From positions 49,974,001-50,038,000 of the forward strand of contig NC_058382.1 in the NCBI RefSeq assembly GCF_018350175.1: DNA of 64,000 nucleotides. The letters are read 5' to 3'. A model generated the notes under the pieces. That model ran no database searches. It was not told the origin of the DNA and saw only the letters and a program-made list of their open reading frames with translations. This document shows, in pieces, positions 1 to 11,666 of this stretch. Position numbers and translations under genes: made by a program. The DNA is from Felis catus (Eukaryota). Numbering within the stretch: position 1 is the stretch's first letter; each line of letters begins with the position of its first letter.

Positions 1-187
1 TGAGAGAGCGTGAGTGGGCGAGGGGCAGAGAGAGAAGGGGGTGCACAGAGGATTCAGAGTGGGCTCTGTGCTGACAACTTTGGCATTGACAGCAGCTAGC
101 TGGATATGGGGCTTGAACCCACAATCCGTGAGATCATGACCTGATCCGAAGTTGGACACTCAACCATCTGAGCCACTCAGATGCCCC
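1..187 (-). mobile_element. Can-SINE (carnivore tRNA-derived SINE), partial, in TERF2IP intron
   Basis: gagatcatgacctga...ctgagccactcagatgcccc is the reverse complement of the Can-SINE head. GA-rich body. Confidence 0.85.
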
Positions 188-629
188 TGAAGTCAAACTT
201 TAAAAAATGATCTAATGAACATGTGTGTACATGTGGACATGTATGCATATACACATATTTTTCATTATTTACTGTAGCTTCTCATGTTCTGTTGGAATAC
301 CATAGTTGTATGTATACATGTATATGCACATAATGTACACATAAGCACACTTATATCCCCCACTTACATACACAGACACTCCCCTCCCCTTAACCCATCA
401 TGTACGTAAACTTACATACACACATGCTTAACTGACTGAGCCACCCAGGCACCCTATACACATGCAACATGAGTAAGTATAAGAAGGAGCATAGCGTATT
501 GGAAGAACTGAAGGAAGTCCAATGTGATTGGGGTGAAAAGGGCAAGCAAGGTGGTGGGAGAGACTAGATATTGCAAGAGTGTTTGGGACTTGGTAATTAG
601 GAACTGGTCGTATTCATCACTTTCTCTAG

Positions 630-1034
630 GTTGATGAGAGCCCCGATTTTGAAATACACATAACAATGTGTGATGATGATCCACCTACACCCGAGGAAGA
701 CTCTGAGACACAGCCTGATGAGGATGAGGAAGAAGAAGAAGAAGAAAAAGTTTCTCCACCAGAGGTGGGAGCTGCCATTAAGATCATCAGGCAGTTAATG
801 GAAAAGTTTAACTTGGATCTGTCAACAGTTACACAGGCATTCCTAAAAAATAGTGGTGAGTTGGAGGCTACTTCCTCCTTTTTAGAGTCCGGTCAGAGGG
901 CTGATGGGTATCCCATTTGGTCCCGACAGGATGACTTAGATTTGCAGAAAGATGACGAGGATGCCAGAGATGCATTGGTCAAAAAATTTGGTGCTCAGAA
1001 TGTAGCTCGGCGGATTGAATTCCGAAAGAAGTAA
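630..1034 (+). CDS. TERF2IP: Last coding exon of telomeric repeat-binding factor 2-interacting protein 1 (RAP1), C-terminal RCT domain
   Basis: Acceptor tttctctAG at 628-629, then VDESPDFEIHITMCDDDPPTPEEDSETQPDEDEEEE...GAAIKIIRQLMEKFNLDLSTVTQAFLKNSGELEATSSFL...GYPIWSRQDD...KKFGAQNVARRIEFRKK*. This is nearly identical to the mammalian RAP1 C-terminus. The ORF-track ATG at 666 is internal. Confidence 0.97.
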   Translation, partial: VDESPDFEIHITMCDDDPPTPEEDSETQPDEDEEEEEEEKVSPPEVGAAIKIIRQLMEKFNLDLSTVTQAFLKNSGELEATSSFLESGQRADGYPIWSRQDDLDLQKDDEDARDALVKKFGAQNVARRIEFRKK

Positions 1035-1830
1035 TTGGCAAGACAATGAGGAAAGAAAAAAGATGTGGCAAGAGAGGTTAAAAAAATTTTTTTGTCAACA
1101 TTGTCTTTGGAACTGACACTTGTCTTCTGACCAATGCTGCCATTGCTCTATGAGTCTTAGATTTTGTAGCCAAGCAGAGTTGTGTAGGAGGATAAAAGTA
1201 AAAGACATTTGGCATATTTAGAGTTGCCCTGGCAGTATCAGTATGTTCATAAAGGGAAATCCACACCAGACAGAGGTTGGTCTTTGTAGTAGTAATCCTT
1301 TTCTGAACGGAACCCTTGCTATATATTGGTTTCAGGAGCTAGTGACAAAGTCAAAGGAGGAAAATAAAGAGCCTGTATCTTTTGGCAGAAACTCTTCTAG
1401 ATTATGATAGATTCCAAATCAAGGATCTAGATATGTGGAAAGATTTAATTACAAGGTCTTGAACTTGGACGATCCTAAACCCTTGCATCACCTAGTGAGC
1501 TCTGATTTCTAGACTGCTTTGAAAATCCCATATTCCCTTTGCTAACTTAATACTTGGGGACCCTGCTCCTTTGGCTGTTCTTTTCTTTCAGTCTTTGTCA
1601 GTCATACTTGTAGCACGTGTTTCTTTATCTACCACCCAGTTTTGTTTAAAACGCACACAAAACCCTAGAGAGTCTTAAGAACAGTCTTATTCAGTTATCA
1701 GTAATGTGTTTTTATTTATTAAAGACAATTTTGTGCTAAGGACTGTGTTAGATTTATATATTAGTGAATTGATTCCTCTTTGTTGTGTTACTTTTGTTGT
1801 TGAAAATAAAAAGAACTTTGAATCTCCAAG
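1035..1830 (+). other. TERF2IP: TERF2IP 3' UTR with polyadenylation signal
   Basis: Follows the stop codon. AATAAA at 1805-1810 is followed by a GT/T-rich tract (gtgttttctttgattgt). Alternative ATTAAA at 1718-1723. Confidence 0.7.
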
Positions 1831-1942
1831 TGTTTTCTTTGATTGTATTCATGAAACCTTTTCGATATAAAAACCATAAAGGAACTGACATTTCTTGGCT
1901 CTTAATTAGGTCAATAATGAACAAAATGGTTCCATATTAGAA

Positions 1943-2440
1943 CTAGTAGGCCACTAGAAGGATGCTAGATTTTCTGGATGGAGCAGAGAGAAGATCTGCG
2001 TCAAGGACTGTGAGGGACGGGAGAACACCATGAGCTGCTGAAAGCCGAAGGGTGAGAAGCCAATCAGGAACCATCAGGTGTGTAACAGAAGGTGTCTCTG
2101 CCCTACCTGTATCCCTTGGGCACTTACATTCCCGCACATGCCACAAATAGGGGTCCTACTGCAAGCACCTTCTTAAGGTTTCTCCTCTGCTGGAAGTGCT
2201 CTGGAGTTCATGCTGCTGGGAGTGGCTTTCGGCTGATGGCGGATGAGAATTAGAGGATGCATATCCAGCTTCCTTGCTGTCCAGAGAAATGACACAACTG
2301 AATATTTGAGACGCACCCCTTGAGTTAGATAATGGGTTCCATAACCATCTTTTAAAGGTCCCCAGCAGAAACCAGAGTGGTAGTTGTTTATGAACGCAGT
2401 CTGCATAGGCTTCCTTCTGTGGTTTCACATCTGCACTTTC
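1943..2440 (-). pseudogene. Possible highly decayed terminal-exon remnant of a CPHX-like (CPHXL/CPHXL2-type) homeobox gene
   Basis: Fragments in shifting frames (RCETTEGS; MQTAFINNYHSGFCWGPLKD; ESHSQQHELQSTSSRGETLRRCLQ*DPYLWHV) loosely follow the recalled human CPHXL C-terminus ([57 protein letters not shown]). The position matches human CPHXL2. No homeobox exon found. Confidence 0.25.
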
Positions 2441-3449
2441 CTAATAAAATGCATCGTGAAATCCTCAGTTAAACACGAATTCTTAGAGTCTGCTTCTGGA
2501 GGAATCCATTCTAAATCAAAATGCTTCACTTTGCCCTTCTCTTGAGTATGTTGAAAGGATAAAACTATTCCCAGGAGTACCTAGCTCACTCCAGGAGTAA
2601 CTTTTGGGAAGGGTTGGGTGGTAGGCATTTGTTTAAAATGTGTCGTCCAATCAGATTTGACTCTAGAGTGGTTGAAAATCAATACTTCATGTGTGAAACG
2701 CAGGTGTCATTTGGGATGTTTATACCTTAGTAAAGTTCGTACAGCTTTACAAGCCTAGAAATTTGTTTTGTCAAAGCATGTGCAAAAGGGTCTGATTCAT
2801 TATATCTAGACTCTGAAAACATACTTAAACTAAAGTACTCATTATAAACCAGTAACTTCCAAATATCTGTTTTTGTCATTTATCTGGTGTTTTACTTTTT
2901 AGGCTGGGAGATAATATGTGGGAAACATTATCAAGTATTTTTGGGAGCACAAATCTAAGCAAGAAAATGAGTTGGATCTTAATGGTTAATGGCATTGAGC
3001 TATGGCTGCATCTGCTCCATAGACCAGCTGTTCAATTCCTAAAGTTAGGATACCTCTCCTTTAATCTGCCAGATTCTTATTCTTTGGGTTTTCTTTCCTT
3101 GACTTCTTGAGGCTTGTGCTCTGGGAAACATCATTTCTTACTCATTTTAGCTCTTGAGTTAGACGCCTTCCTCACTATTTTCCACTAACCCCACAGTTGA
3201 GCTTTTCAAATTCTCTAGGTCTTAAATAACTTGTACAACTTCATTAGTGGCAGAAACATTTCTTTCTGTCTCCTCTTTGCAAACTGCAGCAGTGGGCTCT
3301 GCTCCTGGTATTCGGTTTTCCTTTGTTCCATATCCCTTTAAGCAGGTATGGTTGCATTTTAAAAGTTTAAGCTGACACTTGGATTGTTGAGCTTTTCTCT
3401 TGTTTTGGTCTAATGCTGTGTGCTGGATTATATGCCCCCTCTGCCTACA

Positions 3450-3760
3450 CCTGTAAGTTGTATTTAATTGCTTGTAACAGAAAACTTCATCTAAAGGACT
3501 TGAAACAAGGGAAATAAAAAGGGGATTTATATCTTATATGTATAGGAAGTCCTGAGGTAGTTACCTTCAGGATTCTCTCTATTTTTCTGTTCTGCTGTCC
3601 CTGGCTTGTCTTCTAGGCTGCTTCCTTCATGGTCAAAAGTTGGGTGCAGTCTTTCTTGGAAGCCCCTTGATTTCTCATTGGCCAGAAATTTGACACATGC
3701 CCCTTCCTAACTCTTCCTAGATGAAGTTGACTGGGTTAACTTAAATCAATCAAAGTCTAT
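3450..3760. mobile_element. Degraded MLT1-type (MaLR) LTR
   Basis: Motifs such as ttgcttgtaacagaaaac, tctcattggccagaa and cacatgcccctt are typical of old MLT1 LTRs. Confidence 0.45.
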
Positions 3761-4618
3761 TTTTCTTGGGTTGCAGTTTGTGTAACCTTCCCTGAGAATG
3801 TGACATGAAAGGGAAGGTGAATACCCAAATACGAGTTTGCTAAAAACTTGTACAAATTCTAGTCACCTTCTCCAGGAATAAGAAGATCCATCCAGGAGTG
3901 GAATGTTAATCACTGTTCTCATCAAACCTGGACCTAACCTTTTGAGTTGGTTCAAACAATGCAAATTGATAAAATTCAAAGATGTTTTTATACCACTAAG
4001 GTAAATCCACATACACCTTCAAACACCAAAATCTACTTTGAGATGTATTATCATTTCAGAAGAAGAGAGAAGACCGAAATTTTTATCCCAGTTTCAGATT
4101 AACGTGTTAGACTAAGTGGTTGTATGGTGTTGCTACTGTATTTTCATTGTGATTTTTTTTTTTGTAATGTTTTAAGTAGTCAAAGGAAAAACAATATAAG
4201 TGAAGAATACTCAGTATTGTGGATTTAACGTAATTCATTTAATTGTTCTCTTATTGGTAGATAGTGGGATAGTTTCTGGTTCCCAGTTGAAACCCTCAGA
4301 GCTTTGGGGAAAAGCTCACTTTTATGAATTCACATTATCAGGAAATATACTGCCCTTTCATTTTCTGTATGACAAACTAATTTCAAGCTGGCTTTCCCAT
4401 CTTGCTAGGAAGGAAAGGAGTGCTAATGTGTCAGCACGTAGATATGTTCTTGCTTGGGTATGGTTATAGTTCATGCAAATTCCAGATTGGTAGACATCGT
4501 GATTAGAGAGGAAGTCATGTTTATCAGTGAAATGCTTTTGTTCAGAAGGATTCAGTAGACCTGTCTACTGGCCTATGGTGCTTCCAGAGTCTGTATGCAG
4601 CTTAGAAACCATCCTTTC

Positions 4619-4624
4619 TTTATT
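4619..4624 (-). other. Candidate polyadenylation signal of the former DUXB transcript
   Basis: AATAAA on the - strand about 445 nt after the ancestral stop codon. Confidence 0.4.
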
Positions 4625-5066
4625 CAATGAAGTGAATATAGAAGATAACCACTGCCCACAAAACAGTTAAAAACTGCCTTTTGTGTTTCCAAGTGTTTTC
4701 TCCTTCCTCTTGCATTAATCTTGTCCCAAACAGGATGACTTCATTATCCACTGTCCTTTAAATTGCGCTGATTTGCATCAAAAGAAGAGAGGTCTGGACC
4801 AGGTTCTGAGAATGACTTCTTTTTCTGGAATCTCAGGCCTTGGTAAGCTTTGTAGCATATGGAACACAGCCTGAAAAGCATCTTCACTGAAGCACAGTTC
4901 GGGGTGGAGGGTCCTCTTTTTGTGGGCCAGGACTCGGAAAAGTTACCTGTTCCTGAAAATCTGTGGATAACAGTTGACATAAAGGCTTGAGGTTTCTGCA
5001 CATTGCTGGTGAGTTGGCCAAGGGAATGAGATGGTTGTCCAGTTGACTGTGCTGCAGATGAGTGTC

Positions 5067-5630
5067 TCAGTGTGTCTCTCCTCGAGGATCCCACTTTGCA
5101 ATCAGAGTCTGGCAGATTTCATCCCACCATCGCAGAATATATGTCTACCTGCCCCAGATCCTGCAGTTGGTGGTTTTGGTGCTCAGGATGAGGCTGAGAG
5201 TAGTCCTTCAACTGTAGTACTCCTATGTGCTTCTATTCTTTGTGATTCTGGCACTTTTCTTGCTTTGGCAGCCAGAAAGGAGCCTGAGTATCTGAGACTC
5301 GCAGAGTTGATGGTATTGGCCGGTAATTCCGAGGAGAGTAGAGAATTCTCTCTGCATAGTCTTTATGGGCTGTACCATCATGACGCTTGGTCCTTGGTTC
5401 ACACAAGAGACAGAGGACTCCTGGGATGGGAGAGGAGCCAGTAGAAATGTTTGGTTCCTACGGAAAAAATGGGAGGAAGCAAAATGATGAGACCTGCCTG
5501 GGAAAGTGGGCAGATCAATTTGGTGGTGCTGAGCTGTCAGACCTGGTCTTGCATTTGGGCTGTCAGCCAAGGAATTCATGGACTCACTTCTCTGCCTTGG
5601 GTATAGAGATCTTTAATTCTGAAACCACAT
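5067..5630 (-). pseudogene. DUXB: DUXB-ps exon 5 (homeodomain 2 helix 3 plus C-terminus)
   Basis: Acceptor ctttttcttcacatAG, then MWFQN*RSLYPRQRSESMNSLADSPNARP...VNQGPSVMMVQP / SDTQAPFWLPKQEKCQNHKE*KHIGVLQLKDYSQPHPEHQNHQLQDLGQVDI / ILRWWDEICQTLIAKWDPRGETH*. TAA at 5613-5615, TAG at 5233-5235, frameshifts near 5335 and 5140. Confidence 0.92.
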
Positions 5631-6169
5631 CTATGTGAAGAAAAAGACAGTGTCATAAGACAAGTGATTCTGGCTCGGTTTCTCATACTATGTAAAGCAA
5701 AGGGGCTATTAATACAGGCCCCATTATCAGGATGGGGTGTGTGTGGGTGTGTTTCATGTGAAATAGAACTATTGCATATATATGTTATTAATTACTCTGA
5801 TTCCTGTGTATAGTGTGTATGTATATATGTGTACATATGAATGTGTGTATACACATACAAACACAAAAACTGAGGTCCTAACGCACTTAGCAATCAACTA
5901 TAGATGGATTGAAACTGGTTGAAAAGGCATATGCTTTAGATTCTTCCCTTTAATTTCAACATTGGATCAGCAAATAAGTTTTCTTGACCAGGTTGACATT
6001 TATCTCTTTGCCAACATGTGTATAAGAATCCCAATCTTATATACTTGGTTATAAATAAATCTGATCAAGGATTAATTAACACACTGTACTGATAAAGCTA
6101 TGAATGTGTTTCCTAGTCATGAGCATTTAACATACACTAAACCACTGTCCTCATAACTTTAGAAGGTAC

Positions 6170-6378
6170 CCAGTGAGAGTGATTTTTTTCTTTCAACTGG
6201 AGGACATTGGACTAAGTCTGTAGATTTTTGAAGCTGTCACAAGTTGGTGGAGGGGTAGGTAGGGTATTTGGTTGAGGCCAGGAATGCTTAAAAATACTGA
6301 TTAGGCGCAGGACAACCTCATAAGAAAGGAATTATGTGGACCAAAATGACCAAGCAGTGTCAAGCTGTAGAAAACCTG
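6170..6378. mobile_element. MER20-like hAT-Charlie DNA transposon relic in DUXB intron 4
   Basis: ggacattgg...gtctgtagattttt...tgtcacaa...gaggccaggaatgct...caggacaacc...aaggaattat...ccaaaatg...agaaaacctg follows the MER20 layout. Confidence 0.6.
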
Positions 6379-6562
6379 ACAGGGTATTCCCAAAATAGAT
6401 AGTATTAACTTTCATATTTCCCCCCATTTTTGCTGCTGGAGATTCTAAATGGTTATCACACTGACAGAATTCTTCATTTTGCAGGAATCTGACTTGCACT
6501 TATAACAAGGATATAACATCACTTACAGGTAGAACATATTTGGTGCCATAGACAGAACTTAC

Positions 6563-6715
6563 TTGAATTCTTGATTCCTGAATGTCTGTTATTTTAGCCA
6601 GTTTTTTCCTGGTTGTAATATCAGGGAATTGGTTCCTCTCAAAAGCTTGAAGTAGGATATGTGATTGAGGTCTTGTGATGGATGTCGTCTTCTCTGGCTG
6701 CTTTTGGTAAGTATT
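6563..6715 (-). pseudogene. DUXB: DUXB-ps exon 4 (homeodomain 2 N-arm, helices 1-2)
   Basis: Acceptor ctcttttAG and donor GTAAGT. Translates (E)YLPKAAR / [43 protein letters not shown] versus human [52 protein letters not shown]. Frameshift near 6692; 153 nt does not fit phase 1 to phase 0. Confidence 0.92.
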
Positions 6716-7076
6716 CTAAAAGAGAACATGGAACAGAAGGTGTCTTTTAGGACAGTTCTCATATTTGAACTGAGAACTTGAACCTAGGAAGATAATGCTG
6801 ACACTCCCCCTGAATCCCTGAGGTTGACAGAACAGGATGCCACCCTGCTTAGAGCATCAAGACAAAAGGCCCAGAGACTTGCGTGCTAAGAACCTACCTG
6901 TCGCACCCAGCTGTGGGGCCATGCTTTTATTTCTGACGCTAGGGTGCCCAGAACAAGCTGTAAATGCCTCCTAAGATAATGATTTTTTTGTCGAGAATAT
7001 GGGCACAACATGCAGAGCCGTTTTCACTTTCTCTGGGATCCACTGGAGAAACGCATTTGGACTAGTGGATTCTTAC

Positions 7077-7174
7077 CTTGAGACCGAGGCAGCTGATTTT
7101 GTTCCTGGGTTTCATCTTAAGGAGCATCCAAATTCCAATTGTCTTTGTTTGGATCTGAGGTTTTTAAGTCAAAT
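7077..7174 (-). pseudogene. DUXB: DUXB-ps exon 3 (homeodomain 1 helix 3 plus linker)
   Basis: Acceptor ttctcccacttAG and donor GTAAGA. I*LKNLRSKQRQLEFGCS / DETQEQNQLPRSQ versus human [35 protein letters not shown]. The invariant Trp codon is TGA (7169-7171). Frameshift near 7117. Confidence 0.85.
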
Positions 7175-8284
7175 CTAAGTGGGAGAAGAAGATGTTGAAG
7201 TCATGTAACTCAATCTGTGTTGTTCCAAGTGGCAAGGCAATTAAATGAAATTGATTTGATCAACTGCCATTGGGATAATATCCATAAAAAAAGTGATGTA
7301 TTATCCTAGGAGTTATTATGAGCATACAATTCAAGACAGCATTTCTTTTATGGTCATCCTCACGGTATCCCAAGTAAAATTCCCTGATTGAAGAGACACT
7401 GTTCTACCAAAGGAGATCGATATTTCTTTTTCTCCCTTTCCCTCCTCCCATCTCTCTCTCATAACATGTCTTCTATGTGTGGATGTCTTTTCTTGGGCCC
7501 TATCATCTCTTCATAAGAAGTACCATTTTATTTTATGTAATAAACACAGAAGAAATACCATTTTATTATATATAATACATACGGAATTGATTGTGAAAAG
7601 AATTTTAGATGGGGAGTAAGTTAGCCATGGTCCAAGAGCTGTACTAACATTCATCCACATTCCCTCTTATCCCATAGTCAGCAATAAGTAAGGAGACTTC
7701 TAGGACCCAGTACGCCTTGCTGTGAAACTCTTGTCACTAATATAACCATTTGAACTCTTTCTTTGTTTCCTCATTATTGGAGTCAGATTTGCAGTGTACT
7801 TTCTAATTGTTTTATTTTGATAATTTGCAATAGGAATTAGGGTATTAATGACAACCAATATTTAACAAATCACTCTCTTATCCAGGCATTGTGCTAAAAG
7901 GTTATCTGTTTTCTAAATGAGAATATTTGCAGGTAAGCCTTAAGCACATCACCAGATAGTCCCATAGTATGTACTTTTATTACTGGGAATTGAATAAGCT
8001 ATCTCTTCACACCCAGAACTAATGCATGAAGAAGAGTAAAACATTTCTCTTCAGCATCCCCTCAGACTGAGGACCTTGTAGCCAATGGCTTATTGGAGTC
8101 TCTGTGCAGACACAAAACTAGGAACTCATAATTTTCTTCTAAAAGCACACTTTTATTGATCTTCATTGTTTTAAATGCTGTTTGGTATAATTGTTTACAG
8201 CTATCGAAGAAATCCAACTTAGTTTAATTTTTACATCAGTACCATTCAAAATAATACAATATGGGATTTTCATATACTTAAAAA

Positions 8285-9021
8285 TTTTTTAATTAAATTA
8301 TTTTTAAGTTTGTTTATTTTGAGAAAGAGCGAGCACAAGCTGGGGAGGGGCAGAGAGAAGGAGGGAGAATCCCAAGCACAGAGCCTGATGTGGGGTTCAA
8401 ACTCACAGACATTGAGATCATGACTTGAGCTGAGATCAAGAGTCAGATGCTTTATCAACTGCGCCACACAGGCACCCTGTTCATTTTTTAGTTTTGAGAA
8501 ACAGTATGAGCCGGGGAGGGGTAGAGCGAGAGGGAGACACAGATTCAAAGCAGGCTCCAGGCTCTGAGCTGTCAGCACAGAGGCCAACGTGGGGCTCGAA
8601 CTCATGAACCTTGAAATCATGACCTGAGCCAAAGTCAGATGCCCAACCGTCTGACCCAGACCCCTACTTCATATGTGTGTGTGAAAATCACATTTCAGGT
8701 GTTTAAAAAAACCTAGCCTGAAAATTGGGAATTTATGTGAGTTCTTGCCCCACAGTTTCCTCATAATTACGTATTAATCATCATTCTGCAGGATATATCA
8801 GAACATTTTTTTAAGATTTTTGTTTTTTAATTTTTTTAAAGATTTATTTTTGAGAGAGAAAGCGCGAGTGAAGGAGGAGCAGAGAGAGGGAGAGAGAGAG
8901 AATCCCAAGCAGGCTCTGTGCTGTCAATGCAGAGCCTGACATGGAGTTCGATCCTACAAGCCGTGAGATCATGACCTTTCTCACGTTGGACACTTAACCA
9001 ACTGAGCCACCCAGCTGCCCC
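8285..9021 (-). mobile_element. Three Can-SINEs (about 8285-8478, 8485-8663, 8815-9021)
   Basis: Repeated gagatcatgacctgag and ccacccag..gcccc motifs, with poly(T) tails on the + strand. Confidence 0.9.
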
Positions 9022-9024
9022 AAA

Positions 9025-10545
9025 GATATTTTATTTTAGTTTAGTTTAGTTTAGTTTAATTTAATTTAATTTAATTTAATTTAATTTAATTTTATTTTAT
9101 TTTATTTTATTTTATTTTATTTTTTTAAAGATTTTTTATTTTTATTTATTTTTTCAATATATGAAATTTATTGTCAAATTGGTTTCCATACAACACCCAG
9201 TGCTCATTCCAAAAGGTGCCCTCCTCAATACCCATCACCCCCCCTCCCCTCCCTCCCACCCCCCCATCAACCCTCAGTTTGTTCTCAGTTTTTAACAGTC
9301 TCTTATGCTTTGGCTCTCTCCCACTCTAACCTTTTTTCTTTTTTTTCTTTCCCCTCCCCCATGGGTTCCTGTTAAGTTTCTCAGGATCCACATAAGAGTG
9401 AAAACATATGGTATCTGTCTTTCTCTGTATGGCTTATTTCACTTAGCATCACACTCTCCAGTTCCATCCACGTTGCTACAAAGGGCCATATTTCATTCTT
9501 TCTCATTGCCACGTAGTATTCCATTGTGTATATAAACCACAATTTCTTTATCCATTCATCAGTTGATGGACATTTAGGCTCTTTCCATAATTTGGCTATT
9601 GTTGAGAGTGCTGCTATAAACATTGAGGTCCAAGTGCCCCTATGCATCAGCACTCCTGTATCCCTTGGGTAAATTCCTAGCAGTGCTATTACTGGGTCAT
9701 AGGGTAGGTCTATTTTTAATTTTCTGAGGAACCTCCACACTGTTTTCCAGAGTGGCTGCACCAATTTGCATTCCCACCAACAGTGCAAGAGGGTTCCCAT
9801 TTCTCCACATCCTCTCCAGCATCTATAGTCTTCTGATTTGTTCATTTTGGCCACTCTGACTGGCGTGAGGTGATATCTGAGTGTGGTTTTGATTTGTATT
9901 TCCCTGATAAGGAGCGACGTTGAGCATCTTTTCATGTGCCTGTTGGCCATCCGGATGTCTTCTTTAGAGAGAAGTGTCTATTCATGTTTTCTGCCCATTT
10001 CTTCACTGGGTTATTTGTTTTTCGGGTGTGGAGTTTGGTGAGCTCTTTATAGATTTTGGATACTAGCCCTTTGTCTGTTATGTCATTTGCAAATATCTTT
10101 TCCCATTCCGTGGGTTGCCTTTTAGTTTTGTTGGTTGTTTCCTTTGCTGTGCAGAAGCTTTTTATCTTCATAAGGTCCCAGTAATCATTTTTGCTTTTAA
10201 TTCCCTTGCCTTTGGGGATGTGTCGAGTAAGAGATTGCTACGGCTGAGGTCAGAGAGGTCTTTTCCTGCTTTCTCCTCTAGGGTTTTGATGGTTTCCTGT
10301 CTCACATTCAGGTCCTTTATCCATTTTGAGTTTATTTTTGTGAATGGTGTGAGAAAGTGGTCTAGTTTCATCCTTCTGCATGTTGCTGTCCAGTTATGCC
10401 AATACCGTTTGTTAAAGAGACTGTCTTTTTTCCATTGGATATTCTTTCCTGCTTTGTCAAAGATGAGTTGGCCATACGTTTGTGGGTCTAGTTTTGGGGT
10501 TTCTATTCTATTCCATTGGTCTATGTGTCTTTTTTTGTGCCATTC
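9025..10545 (-). mobile_element. 5'-truncated felid L1 (ORF2 3' end, 3' UTR, A-tail expanded into pentanucleotide repeats)
   Basis: ORFs 10168-10371, 9932-10171 and 9381-9950 encode the L1 ORF2 C-terminus ([44 protein letters not shown]), broken by frameshifts. The tail at 9030-9150 is a (TTTAG)/(TTTAA)/(TTTTA) array. Confidence 0.95.
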
Positions 10546-10549
10546 ATTA

Positions 10550-10775
10550 AAACTTTTTAAAAAATGTTTTATTATCTATTGTTGACAGAGAGACAGGGTG
10601 CAAGCGGGGGTTGGGAGGGCAGGGGCAGAGAGAGAGGGAGACACAGAATCTGAAACATGCTTCAGGCTCTGAGTTGTCAGTACAGAGCACGATGTGAGGC
10701 TCAAACTCATGAACTGTGAGATCATGACCTGAGCAGAAGTTGGAGGCTTAACCAACTGAGCCACCCAGGCCCCCC
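10550..10775 (-). mobile_element. Can-SINE abutting and truncating DUXB exon 2
   Basis: The head gggggcctgggtggctcagttggttaag starts immediately after the DILQ codons on the - strand. Confidence 0.9.
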
Positions 10776-10843
10776 TTGGAGGATATCCTTTTGACTCTGG
10801 TTGTAAACAGTCCTGCCTTTCCAGGTTTCTTTTTGTAGTCTGC
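10776..10843 (-). pseudogene. DUXB: DUXB-ps exon 2, 5' part only (homeodomain 1 N-arm and start of helix 1)
   Basis: Acceptor ttttctcttgaccAG, then (G)[22 protein letters not shown] versus human [23 protein letters not shown]. Runs directly into a Can-SINE head at 10775. Confidence 0.88.
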
Positions 10844-10974
10844 CTGGTCAAGAGAAAATGGGAAGAGGAGTACGAAGGATATGTTTATGGATTAAAAACT
10901 CTGTGTGAACATATGTCATATGTTTTTCTAGGATGAAAGCCTGTAGGTTCATCAATGATTCTATATATTTTAAA

Positions 10975-11377
10975 ATTTTTTTTAAAAAGTTGATTCATTT
11001 TGAGAGAGAGAGTTGTGGTGGGCGTGGGGGGTTGGAGAGAGAATCCCAAGCAGGTGCCACACTATCAGTGTGGCACCCAACTCAGGGCTCAAACTCACAA
11101 ACCATGAGATCATGACCTGAGCCGAAATCAAGAGTCAGATGCTTAACCAGCTGAGCTGCCCGAGCACTGCAAGTGTCTGACTCTTGATTTCGACTCAGGT
11201 TATGATTTCACAGTTAGATTGAGTCCTAGTTCTTGATAATGAGACTCACACTGGGCTCTGTGCTGTCAGTGAGGAGCTTGCTTGGGATTCTCTATCTCCC
11301 TGGCTGCCCCCTCCCTCATGCTTTCTCTCTCTCTCTCTTAAAAAAAAAAAAAAATCAAAAAGAGACCCAGGTGCCCC
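10975..11377. mobile_element. Nested, inverted Can-SINE pair in DUXB intron 1
   Basis: - strand copy at about 10975-11165 and + strand copy at about 11168-11360. A leftover - strand head fragment (acccaggtgcccc) is at about 11365-11377. Confidence 0.8.
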
Positions 11378-11666
11378 ATACATTTTAAAGGTAGGTGTTC
11401 CATATATATGCTTTTCTCCATTTACAATGTCAATTGAAACTTTTGACAACCTACTTGTGGGACTCCTGGCTGTTACTTTAAATGGAAAATTCCAATCTCC
11501 AATTTTAAAGCACCCATCAATCCTCTAACAACTTATCAATGCAAAACAGCTCCTGTTCCAACCATCTGTCCCTCTAATTATGATTGTGATTTAACTTTTA
11601 TAAACTCTGGGAAATAAAGCACATGGCATTACTGAAGAAGAGAGCAAAATGCAGATGAAAATTTGC

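Noticed and set aside
4744..5638. ORF-track proteins 4744-5094, 5031-5444, 5223-5579 and 5387-5638 as standalone genes
   Set aside because: 5223-5579 is a piece of DUXB-ps exon 5 that runs out of frame. The others are antisense or 3' UTR frames.
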